DNA of 64,000 bases from an uncultured Acidobacteriota bacterium (GTDB taxonomy: Bacteria > Acidobacteriota > Thermoanaerobaculia > Multivoradales > UBA5704), in assembly GCA_963770895.1 (NCBI GenBank), contig CAVYRF010000002.1:4928001-4992000 (forward strand), in the 5' to 3' direction. This document shows positions 11,401 to 20,400 of this stretch, piece by piece; position 1 is the first letter of the stretch, and every line of letters begins with the position of its first letter. The position numbers and the translations under genes are program-made. The notes under the pieces were generated by a model that did no database searches, was not told the origin of the DNA, and worked only from the letters and a program-made list of their open reading frames with translations.

Positions 11401-14400
11401 AAGGTGACCTCCAGGCGGTGGGCGATGCCCATCGCGATCGGTTGGGTGCCGACGGTGTTGGCGGCGCCGTCGACGTCGATCTGCGGCAGGAGCTCGACCA
11501 GGTAGAGGGGCACCAGGTCCAGGCCGCCGAACGATTCGACGGTCAGCTCGTCGTCGGCGGTGGCCGGGATGTAGGAGAGCGTCAGGCGCTCGCCGGCCAC
11601 GGCGAGGACCGGCAGCGTCACGTCGAGCGATTCCTGGTCGGTCGGGTTGGGGCCGACCCGCGCCACCAGGTGGACGGTGTGGGCGACCGCGGGGGCGACC
11701 TGCGGCGCCTCGGAGGTGACCGCCACGACCGGCATCGGCAGCGAGCTCGGCAGCAGGCCCAGGGTCATGGCGTTGACCGTGCGCGTGCCGAGCTGCGCGG
11801 CGTAGGCCGGCGCGCCCGGCTGCTGCGCGAGGTAGCCGTTCACCGCCAGGCGGATCGCCGCCAGCGGGTCCTGCAGCTGCGGCGCCGCAAACGTCTGCTG
11901 GATGAGGCCGGACACCGAATAGCCCATCTGCCGCAGGACGCCCGTCGGCGGCAGGTCGGCGATCGTCTTGATCGCGGGCGCCAGCGGCAGCCAGGTGGCG
12001 CCCGAGACGTCCACCACCGCGCCGCGGTAGTTGGTGTAGGGCGCGTACACCTCGACCCAGGTATGGTCGACGTCGAACGCCGCGACGCCGCCCCCCTGCA
12101 CGACCGGTGTGTGTGCCACCCCGGCGCGCGAGAGCGCCGCGTCGACCGTCGTCACCAGGGTCGCGGGCGCGGCCGCCGACGGGTTGTCAGCGACGCCCAG
12201 GCTGGTCGCCAGCGCCGCCACCGGCAGCTGCACGACGCCGTGCACGTAGCGGGCGCCGGTGCCGCTCGCGCGCAGCAGGGCGATGAGCAGGCTGGCCTGG
12301 TCGACGTCGTTGCCGGCGCCCTGGCGCAGCGTGCCGACGGCGCCCTTCATCGAGCCGCCGTACCACTCGCCGCGGATGGTGTTGCGCACCCACTCGAAGA
12401 TCTGCACGTAGTCGTAGCCCAGGGCCGCCGCTTGCGCCGTGATCTCCGGCGTCAGCGGCGCTTCCGTGGTGCCCGCCAGATCCGCCGACCCGGCCGCCGC
12501 CGCCTGCGGATTGGCATACGCCGGCACCACGGCCGGCGACGTCGCCGGCGCCTGCGGCGCCAGCCCCTGGCGCCGGTAGGGCAGGAGGCTCGACCGCAGC
12601 TTGGGGTGCGGCGGCGACGCCAGCGCCGCGGCCAGCGCCTGCCGCACCCCGGCCAGCGCCTGGACCGCCGCGGCGCGCGCCGCCTGAGCGTCTGCCGGGG
12701 CAGCCGCCGGAGGAGAGGCGGCGGGGGCCGCCGGCGCGGCGGCGGTCGCACCGGTGGGCGCGGGTGCGGCGGGGGCGGTGCCGGGCGCCGCAGGCGCGGT
12801 GCTGGGCGCCGCAGGCGCGGTGCCGGGCGCACCGGGGGCGGTGCTGGGTGCACCGGGGGCGGTGCCGGGCGCACCGGGGGCGGTGCTGGGTGCACCGGGG
12901 GCTGTGCCAGGCGCGCCGGGGGCGATGCCGGGCGCACCGGGGGCTGTGCCGGGCGCACCGGGGGAGGTGCCGGGTGCACCGGGAACGGCTGCCGGGGCGG
13001 CGAGGGCCTTGCGCAGCGCTGCGAGCGGCGCGGCGATCGGTGCGAGCACGGCGTCCACGGCGCCGCGGTAGGTCGCCTGCGCTGTCGCCAGCCGATCGGC
13101 CGCCGTGGACGAAAGGTGGCGCTGCGCGACGTGCGCCGCCACTTCGGCGAAGCGCCGGCCCATCGCCGCGTCCGCCGCCTTGACGCGGTCGTAGGCGGCG
13201 AGCGCCGCCACTGGATCGATCGGCGCCGCTGCCGCGGCGCGGGCGGCGGTCGCTGTGGAGGCGGCGGAGGCGCCGCGGGCAGCCGTCGTCGTGGAGGCGG
13301 CAGAGGCGCCGGAAGACCCGGCGGTAGGTATGGCTGGCGGTGCGAGCGGCGCCGCGCCGCCGGCGCCGACGGGCGGCGGCACCTGGTAGCCGATGCCGGG
13401 GCGCCACGACAGGCCCGCGACCCTGGCCAGGGCGGCGAGCGCCGCGTTCACCTCGGTTTCGGGGCGGCCGGCGATGGTCCCGCTGCCGGGGGCCGCAGGC
13501 GCTGCCGCCGCGGCGGCGGAACGGTTGGTTCGCGCGGCGCCGGCCGCTCCGGGAGCGAGACCGCCCGGCGCTCCGGGCGCTCCGGCCGCCGCGGTGGGCG
13601 CCCGGCGCGGTGCGGGGAGCACGGCGCCGCCGGGAGTGGCGACGCTCTTGGCCATGGGGGAGGCCCCCGGCGCGCCCGCGGGGAGGGCCGCGCTGCCCGC
13701 GCGCGCCGCCGGCTGCATCGGCTTGCCGTCCTGGTGTTGGACCGGCACCGGCGACTGGCCGGGATGGACCACGGCGACGATCACCGGGATCTTGATCTTC
13801 GCCACCGCGCCCGGCGGTATGGAGGCCGGCGCGGACTTGGCGGACGCGGTGCCACCCGAACGCTGGCCGGGCGCCGTCGTGGTCGGCGCCGGGGTCGCCA
13901 GCGGGGCGCTTTTCGGCGCCGGGGCAGTCGGCGGCGACGCCGCGGGCTGTGCGGGTGCCGGTGTCTGGAGCCGTGCCGGAGCCTGGGGCGGTGCCGGCGT
14001 CTGGGGCGGTGCCGGCGCCTGGACCGCCGCAGCTTTGGCGGTCTGCGGCTGCTGGGTCTGGGCCGGCTGGGTCTTCACCTGCAGGGCCTGCGCCAGCTGT
14101 GCTTGCGCCGGCTGGGTCTGCGCCGGCTGGGTCTGCGCCAGCTGGGTCTGCGCCAGCTGGGTCTGCGCCAGCTGGGTCTGCTGAATCTGGGCCGGCTGGG
14201 CCTGTGCCTGCTGCATCTGCGCCGGCGGCGCCTTGACCGTTTGCGCCGGCGCCACGCCGGCGCCGCTGCCGATCCAGCCCAGGCTCAGGCCGAGCGCGGC
14301 CAGCGCGGCGCCCCGCCAGCGCCTGCCCGGCGCGGGGCGGTCGGGGTGGGTGGCGCCTGCGCCGGGTCGCAGGAGACCGCTGGAGTCGGCGGCGCGGCGT

Positions 14401-14474
14401 GCGGCGGGTCGGCTGCGGGTCGGCGGCATCGGGGTGGGATCGCTCATCGTCGGTTCGAGAGGCGGCGCGGTCAA
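2403..14474 (-). CDS. Giant RHS/YD-repeat polymorphic toxin (4023 aa): signal peptide, low-complexity region, transglutaminase-like domain, Ig-like domains, DUF6531-like region, RHS core, C-terminal toxin
   Basis: Many YD repeats; core motif FTGHELDIETGLYYFKARFYDPTIGRFLTEDP...YAYANPTVYLDPDG; DUF6531-like VDLFDGHLSLARDDL...GPLGVGWSHSY; transglutaminase-like FEWVRNTI...GAGNDVDQASLLIALLRASG.ARYV...HTWVE. Start may be TTG 14474 or ATG 14447. Confidence 0.93.
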   Translation of the reverse strand: MTAPPLEPTMSDPTPMPPTRSRPAARRAADSSGLLRPGAGATHPDRPAPGRRWRGAALAALGLSLGWIGSGAGVAPAQTVKAPPAQMQQAQAQPAQIQQTQLAQTQLAQTQLAQTQPAQTQPAQAQLAQALQVKTQPAQTQQPQTAKAAAVQAPAPPQTPAPPQAPARLQTPAPAQPAASPPTAPAPKSAPLATPAPTTTAPGQRSGGTASAKSAPASIPPGAVAKIKIPVIVAVVHPGQSPVPVQHQDGKPMQPAARAGSAALPAGAPGASPMAKSVATPGGAVLPAPRRAPTAAAGAPGAPGGLAPGAAGAARTNRSAAAAAAPAAPGSGTIAGRPETEVNAALAALARVAGLSWRPGIGYQVPPPVGAGGAAPLAPPAIPTAGSSGASAASTTTAARGASAASTATAARAAAAAPIDPVAALAAYDRVKAADAAMGRRFAEVAAHVAQRHLSSTAADRLATAQATYRGAVDAVLAPIAAPLAALRKALAAPAAVPGAPGTSPGAPGTAPGAPGIAPGAPGTAPGAPSTAPGAPGTAPGAPSTAPGAPGTAPAAPSTAPAAPGTAPAAPAPTGATAAAPAAPAASPPAAAPADAQAARAAAVQALAGVRQALAAALASPPHPKLRSSLLPYRRQGLAPQAPATSPAVVPAYANPQAAAAGSADLAGTTEAPLTPEITAQAAALGYDYVQIFEWVRNTIRGEWYGGSMKGAVGTLRQGAGNDVDQASLLIALLRASGTGARYVHGVVQLPVAALATSLGVADNPSAAAPATLVTTVDAALSRAGVAHTPVVQGGGVAAFDVDHTWVEVYAPYTNYRGAVVDVSGATWLPLAPAIKTIADLPPTGVLRQMGYSVSGLIQQTFAAPQLQDPLAAIRLAVNGYLAQQPGAPAYAAQLGTRTVNAMTLGLLPSSLPMPVVAVTSEAPQVAPAVAHTVHLVARVGPNPTDQESLDVTLPVLAVAGERLTLSYIPATADDELTVESFGGLDLVPLYLVELLPQIDVDGAANTVGTQPIAMGIAHRLEVTFAGPYGSETIDESLTAGSYYALNVGAEEAIAPPAPATPDPGDVESQGAHLLSQEALAYSQHWDQAETELGGLFDVGVMRPLPSLSVVGNAVTIDLVASLPYAFQWQGVTLDAPLRVAEPFARGADPSTAFDWMRVSALEGSSWEHLTFEQDFQVDSVSADKGIGVANQAGIPVLHLTAQNATPLPSNLQQPAAVLADIQNWLSQGLTVDVPATAVTRDSWTGSIWVVEDPVSGGAAYLIAGGLAGGASAESPDQWTLQFAANALADPYGTVQPNADPLSAASLVIVSATNNQVGQVGTLLPAQLAVVARDASGKPVQGATVTFTSAAGTGGGTLVDPATSAESTSVAVVTDPLGHAAVTIRLGQQTAASPAFLLQNPTDAYATQALVQLVDASVSTHDGALSPDAPFYAYGFPGPPATIVSQEPSQQMGGNPGMYAGDVHVQVQDSFGNSISNVPVTFAVGPAARRDDVQCNNPPGSNQQNAAVFDDALAPNGNLAACPIPSPILGSCGGPSVVTTTNAYGTGAGVILGNDVAAMYTVNVSAGTLTMAPFVFYPSVKVGTQGPNGQPSQPDEQDFCEWTGLSPTGTADVNAYGQIINAVRAGHTYTKPIQVELVGMLAAYTMRTPPGGGQPYPYFDSTFTLHPLDGSLTFTVDNGGSASATIYDATTKVSSAIVTAGATPASNAVTVQGTVETLSQVIFPDGSSQLVGPTPQPLSPSQVATLWGLNPQVSGTQPQPMVLTASGETAGSTQVNYGIDPPAYTAATASVEFLTNSAVTSVAVGSATTATGTATIPRGAAFSLQNVNQAQLILNAGSVDEVDSDLFTMPLHQGIFATHAPAVYVSQDVDLLNQRYCPTLAPLSWTLAQGAQVTLTVAPISSLNTDGSANDGPSQTLFQSQEYAAGQQSVILSPAGTPPAAYSLAPGTYQYTLHGVADADGTTEDVTGTIVSEFRSRDTLPVGHVIVKGVDLFDGHLSLARDDLSLPGHGPALDLSRNYSSNAGDEPGPLGVGWSHSYDSKIVVTPCGDVIVIGGEGSGMRFVGDGHGNFTPLRGYHGSLVANSADGSFDFYSKSGLRYHFIPGTSGAPSEFPLSYVADPNGLTTRLTYDTSDPTQPPLLLTVADDAGRALAFTYQKTAMQPTGEQRSLISQVAGPDGMAMSFQYDGYGNLTEASREGGSRVETYTYAVPPSYGLALRHKLIAAENQLDTATTTYQYGAAAIGLQGNVQVPSWNVTQLTEPMGGVTQFSYDLPDLVSRASQGLGVGVSDPRGKLTTYTLNQYGSALQIVDPLQDTTQMTWAVDDVLMTSRTDANGVTTSYTYDAYGNQVSEAVAVTDVQGQTHNYSIQTTYEPPANFTPPYIKQRVATRTDRNGVTTSYTYDGAGNLTQQQVTVHDDSGNQQILTIGNTYLPSGDRASTTDARGNTTAFTYDAYGNLATSKNPLGGVTATAWSVRSLPLTQTDPNGNVTSFAYDTLNRVTSKTYPLVGSAPAVETTAYDDVSDVVTRTDALGRVTTTTSDLQGRPVQIDNAAAGTKLYQYDLASNKTLETDWFDSASPRHDTTFQYDDAERLAGRTEPLGKTTAYTYDGVGNVASETLSDSSQPGFSTRVTHHTYDGLNRRIRTDRTSDSGLVSTLFTLDGNGNVTQQQDPLGRLTTITYDELNRMLQKDLPPWQTGSPTETVDTWDGNGNLVSERQRNQPQDRVHTAVFDPLNRAVQRTDSLGDTTTFEYDADGNTTRKIDPLLNTTNFAYDARNRLTQTTVLLNRVTQPNRSLVTTYGYDLVNNRISEQLPNGNAVTHAYDALNRLIATTDTIGAVSAATYDANGDPTTQTDANGNLTTDHYDALHRLVEQDLPASRTVTKAWDVAGNQVAETDPRGSITTYQFDRLDRLVQTTDPQPFAYTTTVTYDAVGNRLAQTDRKGQTTAFAYDSLNRLILTTAPQPLAYTQTFTYDGLGSKLTEVDRRGTLSSHTYDPEGRLTQTTKAGVLLQTIQYDPAGNRRFVTDANSNTTGYEYDERNLQTAEERPLAAITTFTLDTMGDRANATDPEGRVTTYTHDLRRHLLTETDNAGDTTTYAYDGDGNRIQRQRPAFPGQPWTYTYDAANRLTAVQDPVGDRTSYTYDLDSNRLTTTDGESKTTAWQYDILNRVTQKTYPDNAVESYAYDPNGNRTGLTDADGQTIAYAYDAIDRQTFATYPPPAPPTTDDLQSIALTYDPNNNPTAIQETWSGAPHTRQTAHTYDLFDRLLTVTDRYGLTLAYTYDPNGNRTSLQDPDNLVTRYTYDALNRLTAVNVNGAGITNYAYLRDSRIQTVTYPNGTNENTTYDAAARIQVQENRLGAATVLSHFQYQYDPDSNRTSQLEIRANGPAAGQTTTYTYDPADRLTGVAYPDQQVAYTYDKVGDRTTEKATSNADSSPLTNHTLTYNARHQLTTLTDNLNSAQSIAYTFDANGNQLAKTQNSTTTTFHYDVRDQLTAVSQASSTLGTYEYDYKGLRVLKQGALGYIHYTFDDKSVLLETDANNQTLAKYDYGPDRLLSQNQQTEGRSFYLFDALGSITDLTTTTGSLRATYQYDAWGNYRSTSGGSFNAFAFTGHELDIETGLYYFKARFYDPTIGRFLTEDPADGKTDNPPSLHRYLYAYANPTVYLDPDGRAASVNKQGTTFIVDENDHRQAVTTAQAKKDPVAFHLALVQQGGLTPAEADAIMVKAGIGDAINATTLTQVAKGVDKEVKKELKFAAKTFAVTAVGAATGGVATAAAAAAGAGAITATAVGGAVGGLAGQGTSDAIEGQVSSLGTYAGSAVGGAVLGAAIHGFTAGGGKTPSIFPSGTEIEAPAPPATKSTPDGDSTLEGEDGDIRLGDFVLRKSAAPKSDTQSPWETLRPEGQSGDNTGLNLRSSTPKGRAPEYFGGSVSESEFLDAALQYLGDGYTEVSPGRYVSADGTRIIRFGSHEVKAPQLHGHFEAGEGGKPSENTRVNIMPDQKPTPNPTEPQPPSPDNSPEPPS
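12772..12985. repeat. 21-bp coding tandem repeat (APGTAPG/APSTAPG, about 10 copies)
   Basis: gcaccgggggcggtgccgggc-type units repeat directly. Confidence 0.9.
14098..14180. repeat. 15-bp coding tandem repeat (AQTQL/AQTQP)
   Basis: ctgcgccagctgggt units repeat about 5 times. Confidence 0.9.
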
Positions 14475-17400
14475 TGGCCGACCGGCAGACAGCCGGTGAA
14501 CAGGGATTCGTTGGACTGGCCGCCGCCGCTGACCGAGGCGCCGACCAGGCTACCGTTGATGTTGCCGTTCGAGAAGGTGACCGCCGCCCGCGGCGCCAGC
14601 ACGGTGCCGGGGACGCCGATGCCGGACAGCGACAGGGTGGTGGCCTGGTAGAAGTTGTAGACCACCTGGCTGGCGGTGACGCCGGTCAGCTGGAAGCCGA
14701 AGTTCTGCATCTGGTCGGCGGTGCCGTTGACGTTGACCAGGGCGGTCGAGCCCGCCGGCACCTGGATGCTGAAGCTCACCGCGGCGGCCAGGTCGCTGCC
14801 GTGGACGCTGAAGACGTTGAGCGTCGGGTCGGTGCCGGCGAGCTGGATGGCCTTCCAGGGCTGGACGGTGGTGGTGCCGTTGGCGGCCAGGGTGCTCCAG
14901 TAGGTGGAGAGGATGGTGAGGGCGCGGCCGGTGCCGGCGAAGTCGAGCGGCTGGTCATGGCGCGCCGTGCCGTTGGGGATGTTGACGCTGGTGAGCGAAA
15001 GGGCGCTGCCATAGACGGCGTTGCCGTGGCTGACGGTGCCGCCGTTGAAGCTGAGCGAACCGCCGGCGATGAGCACGTCGTCGGTGCCGCCGGTGGCGGT
15101 GAGCGATTGGCCGACGCTGTAGCTCGCGAGCGTCGCGTTGCCGCCGGCGGCCAGGCGCCCTTGGGTGTCGGTGCCGCTCTGCGTCACGTTGCCGAGCGCG
15201 AAGAGGTTGAAGCGGCCGGCGGCGCCCAGCGGGTCGGCGCTGCACACCAGCGGGCAGGTGCCGCTGTCGTAGGAGACCAGCGCCGCGGTGAGGCTGGCGG
15301 CGGTCTGCGGGTCGGAGCCCGCGAGCGTTGTGCCGATCGCGTGCTGGGCCAGGAAGGCGTCGGCGTTGGCGGCCGCGGTCTGACCGCCGGTCGCGCCGCC
15401 CGCCGCCAGGTCCAGCGTGGTCGCCGCGAGCTGCTGGGCGAGGAGCCAGAGCGGGTCGTTGCCGGCGTAGCCGAGGATGCCGAGCACCGCGCCCTGGCCG
15501 TATGCCACGCCGCCCAGGGTGAGCGTGGACGCCGTCCAGCTCTCCAGGTGGTGGCGCCAGTAGGCCGGCGGCTGCGGGCAGAAGGGCCGCGGCAGCAGCA
15601 CCACCTGCGCCGCGCTCTTCGCCACCGCCGCCCCCGCGGGCTGGGTGAGGACCACCTGGAACTGCCGGTCGACGGTGTCGCCCGCGATGCCGAGCGCGGT
15701 CACCTGCACGCTTTGCTCGACGGTGCCGGGGGCGAAGGTGAGCGTCCCCGATGCCGTCTGGTAGTCGGTGCCGGCGACCGCCGTGTCGTCGACCGTCGCG
15801 TAGTGGACGGTGACGGCCTGGCTCGCGGCGCAGGAGAGCTTCACCTGTACCACGACCGGCTCCGACTGCCCGGCCGCCGGCGACAGCGCCGCCGCGTCGA
15901 GCGCCGCCAGCGCCGGCGTCTCGACCGCGACCAGGGACAGCCCGTCGAACCACGCCGTGCCGCCGCCGCCCGCGGGCAGCTGCGACAGGAGCCGCACGCG
16001 CACCCAGCCGGTGCCCGCCGGCGCCTGCCGCTGGTCGGCGACCGCGAGCCACCCCTGGGCGCTGGCGGTCCACCCCGAGTCGTAGGAGCCGAGCACGTTG
16101 ACGTTGGCCGCGTCGCGGTACTCGACGACGATGCGCGCCGTGCTCGCGGCCGCGCCGCCGCCGGCGTTGCCGGTCAGCAGGGCACCCTGGAAGGCGAACG
16201 TCTGGCCGCCCGCCGACGCGATCTTCTGCGCCCACGCCGACAGGTCCACGTCCTGCTTGATCTCGCCCGCCGCGTCCTGGGTCAGGAAGTCGTCGTCGCC
16301 CGCGAAGGGCGCCGGCGGCGCGCTGCCCACCTGCCAGGTGGTGCCGGCGACCAGGTCCCAATCCGGGATGAGGTCCGACGCCGTCGGCAGCTCGGCGCCG
16401 GGGTTTGCCAGCAGGTTGGGCGAGGCGCACGCCGGCCCGGCCTGGATGGTGCCGAGCGCCGTGCCGCGCGCGAGCGCCGCGCCCTGCGGCTGGCTGAGCT
16501 GCAGGTTGAAGCTGGCGGCGCCCGCGAGCTGCGGGTCGGCCAGCACCGGCACCAGGACGTCCTGCTGGACCGTGCCGGGGCTGAAGGTGAGGGTGCCCGC
16601 GACCGGCAGGAAGTCCACCCACGCCGCGGCCGTCCCGGCCACCGCCGCGTACTGGACGCTGACCGCGGTGGGCGCCGGCGCCGACAGGCTGACCGGGAAG
16701 AGTGCCGGCACGCTGCCGCTGGCCGGCGAGGTGACCGTGGTGTCGGCCACCGACAGGCTGAGCGGCAGGGTCACCCCGGTCACCGTCGGATCGCCTGCCT
16801 GCGGCGTCGACGGGTCGTCGGAGAGGAGAGTCGGCAGCCCCTGGACCGCCGCGCTCGCCTGGTTGCTGACCGCGCTGACGCCGGCCGGCAGCGGGTTGGC
16901 GATCACCACCTGGAAGGTGATGGTGACCGGCGCGCTGCCCAGGACGGTGCCCACCGTCACCTGCACCGGGTTTTGCCCGGCGACGGTGCCCTGGCTGGCC
17001 GTGATCGACCCCGCCACCAGGTTGGTGTTGGCCGGGATCGCGTCGGTCACGGTCACCGCGTTGGCCGGGCCGCCGGTGTTGGTGAGCGTCAGCGTGTACT
17101 TGAGGGTGTCGCCCGGGCTCACCACGCCGTTGCCGTCGGCGTCCACCAAGAGCGCCGCGGTCTTGGTGAAGGTCAAGGCCGGCGGCGCCGCGGCCTCGAT
17201 CGCGAACGACACGCCGGCCTGCGACTGGTTGCCGGCCGCGTCGACCGCCGCGACCTGCAGCTGGTAGTTGCCGGCGGCGCTCACCTGCGTGCCCGACACG
17301 AACGGCTGCCCGTTGAGCGTGGCCGTGACCGTCCCCGGATGGGCATCGGTCACCGTCACCACCGGCGTCACCGGCGCCGTGTAGGTCGCGCCGTTGGTCA

Positions 17401-20400
17401 CCCCGCCGACCGTGATGACGGGCGGCGTCTTGTCGAGCGCGAACGTCACGGTGAGCGAGGACTGATTGCCCGCCGCGTCGGTCGCGCTGACCGCGAGCGT
17501 GTAGCTGCCCTCGGCGCTCACCGGCGTGCCCGAGGTGAAGGTCTGGCCGTTGAGCGTGATCGTCTGCGTGCCGGGATGGGAGTCGGTCACCGTCACGACC
17601 GGCGTCACCGTGGTGCCGTACACACCGCCTGTGCCGACCCCGGTTACCGAGATGACGGGCGGCGTCTTGTCGATCGCGAACGTGACGCTGGCGCTCGCCT
17701 GGTTGCCGGCCGCGTCGGTCGCCGTGACCGCGAGCGTGTAGCTGCCTGCCGCCGTCACCGCCGTGCCGGACGCGAACGGCTGGCCGTTCAAGGTGATCGT
17801 CTGGGTCGCCGAGTAGGCATCGGTGACGGTCACGACCGGGGTCACGGCGGTGTTGTAAAGGCCGCCCTGGGCGACGCCGGTGATGGTGATGGCCGGCGGC
17901 GTGGTGTCGATGGTGAAGGTGACGCTGGCGCTGGCCTGGTTGCCGGCGGCGTCGGTGACGGCGGCCGCCAGGGTGTGGCTGCCCGGCGCCGCGACGGCGG
18001 TGCCGGAGGTGAAGGGCTGGCCGTCCAGGGTGACGGTCGCGCTGTAGGTGGCGGTCGCGGCGGTGATGGTCACGACCGGGGTCACCGCGGTGTCGTAGAG
18101 GCCGCCCTGGGCGACGCCGGTGATGGTGATGACCGGCGGCGCGCTGCTCACGGTGACGGCGACGGCGGCGCTCTGGGCGCTGTTGCCGGCGGCGTCGGTC
18201 GCTTGCGCGGTGAGGGTGTGGGCGCCGGCGGCGACGCCGGTGAGGGCCAGCCGGTAGGTGCCGGCGGTGGGATCGGCGGGCGCCGCCGGCTGCCAGGCGC
18301 CGCCGTCCAGGCTCACCGCCACGGCGGTGACCGCCGACAGCGGATCGCGCACCGTGACGATCACCTGGAAGGCGCCGCCGACCGCCGCCCCCGCCGCCGG
18401 TTGGGTGATGGTCACCGCGGGCGGGGTGCGGTCGTAGATGGTGAAGCCGACCACGGCCAGGGTCACCGTTTGGGTGGCGCCGCCGCCGCCGCCGCTGCCG
18501 CCCGCGGCCGGCAGGTCGGCCTCGAGCACCGCCAGGCGGCCGCCCAGGCCGAGCGTCGTGGTGTCGAAGCTGGCGCTGCCGGCGACCGTCGCGCCGGCGC
18601 CCAGGTCGAGCGTCGCCGACTGGCGGGCCAGCTCGTGGCCCGAGGCGGCGTCGAGCACCCGCACGCGCACCGCGACGCCGGCGAGCGCCGCGCCCGGGTT
18701 GGTGACGCCGTAGCTCGCGGCGAGCGTGCTGCCGGCCGACGGCGCGCGGTCGTTGAGCGAGAGGGTGCCGGTCACCGCCGCCGCCGCCGCGGTGAGGCTG
18801 AACTGGGTGCCGGCGGCGGCCGCCGCCTGGCCGCCGTCCAGGACGGTCATCGCCACCTGGTAGGTGCCGGCGGCGGTCGTGCCGCTCGGCCAGTCGACGC
18901 TCACCGCGCCCTGGCCGCCGGGCAGGAGCGTGCCGAGCGCCCGCGTCCAGTCGCCCAGCACCGCCGGCGCCGCGCCGCTCCCGGCCGCCGCCGGGGCGAG
19001 CACCTGGAGGTGCACGGCGACCCCGGTCAAGGCGGCGTCGCCGGTCGGGTAGCCCACCTGGGCGGTGACGTGGACGCTGGCGCCGACCGGGTAGGTGGTG
19101 CTGTCGGTCGCCACCGCCGCGGTGAGCTGCGCCACGGTGACGATGGTGAAGGGCGCGACGGCCTCGGCCACGACGCTGCCCTGACCGTCTTCGAGCTTGA
19201 CGTCGGCCAGGTAGGAGCCGGCGAAGGTGGCGCCGGTGTTCCAGGTGGTCTGCTGCGTCCACCGCTGGCCGTAGGCGAGCTGGCCGACGGCGAGCGCCGG
19301 CAGGGTGGTGACGGCGTTGCCCTGGCTGTCTTCGATGGTCACCACCGCCTGGCCGCTCCAGGGCGCGCTGCCGTTCCAGACGGTGACGCTGGCGGTCACC
19401 GTCGAGCTGGGCTGGTAGCTGGCCTGGTCGGTCGCGATCGCCACCGTCGGCGGCCCCGCCGCCACCACCTGGAACGCGATCTGCGCCTGGTCGTTGTCTT
19501 TCCGCAGCTCCTGCACCAGGCCCTGCGGATCGATCTGCGCGGCGAGCGTCCAGGCGCCCACCGGCCCGGCGATCGCGCCGTCCTGGTAGAGCGTTGCCGC
19601 GCTCCCCGCCGGGATCGCCGGCACCGCCAGGGCGGCCGCGAGCTGCACCTGGGCGCCGCCCGGGCCATAGGCGGTGAGGGCGAGGGTCGTCGCCGGCGCG
19701 TCGGCCGGCCCCTGGTTGTGGACCGTCGCCGAGATGCGCAGCGCCTGGCCGGGGAGCGGCGCCGCCGGGATCACCGCCATGTCGGCCGGCGCGATGGCGA
19801 GGTCGGGCAGGTTCGCCGCCAGGCGGTCGACCTGGCGCGGCGCCGAGGGCGCGCTGACGTTGCCGGCGGCGTCGGTCGCCGTGGCGGTGAAGGTGTTCGG
19901 CCCCAGCTGCAGCTGCTGGCCCGCGAAGGTGAAGCGGCCGGCGGGCGCGATGCGCAGCTCGTCGCCGGCATCCGCCACCAGGTAGCCGCCCGGCACCCAC
20001 GCCACGTCCGCCGCGTCGTTGCCGCCCAGGTCGGAGAGCACGCTCCCCGGCGCGCTGCCGCCCGCGAACGGCGCCAGCGGCGCCACCATCAGCCCCGCCA
20101 CGCCGGCGTAGGCGAACCCGGTCCCGTCCGGCGACAGCTGCGGCAGGAGCGGCCCGGCCTCGACGTCGGTCAGGTCGACGGCGGCGCCGCTTCCGACCGT
20201 CGCCAGGCGCACCTTTTCGCCGCCCGCCGCCTGCGCCTGGGTGAAGGCCACGGCGCTGCCGTCGGGGGTGAAGCCGGGGCGGCCCGAGCCGGGGTTGGCC
20301 TCGACCAGCGCCGCCGCGTTGGGCGCCGCCGTCTGCACCACGACCAGCCCGGTGGCGCCACCGCTGCCGCCGGCGCCGCCCGTGCCGCCCGCGGGCAGCG

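Noticed and set aside
12772-14180. Short periodic repeats as a possible CRISPR array
   Set aside because: No unique spacers; units are multiples of 3 inside a CDS; no cas genes.
3633-14651. 3672-aa plus-strand ORF
   Set aside because: Antisense shadow of the RHS gene. High GC3 removes stops, and the product is V/G/A/R-rich with no motifs.
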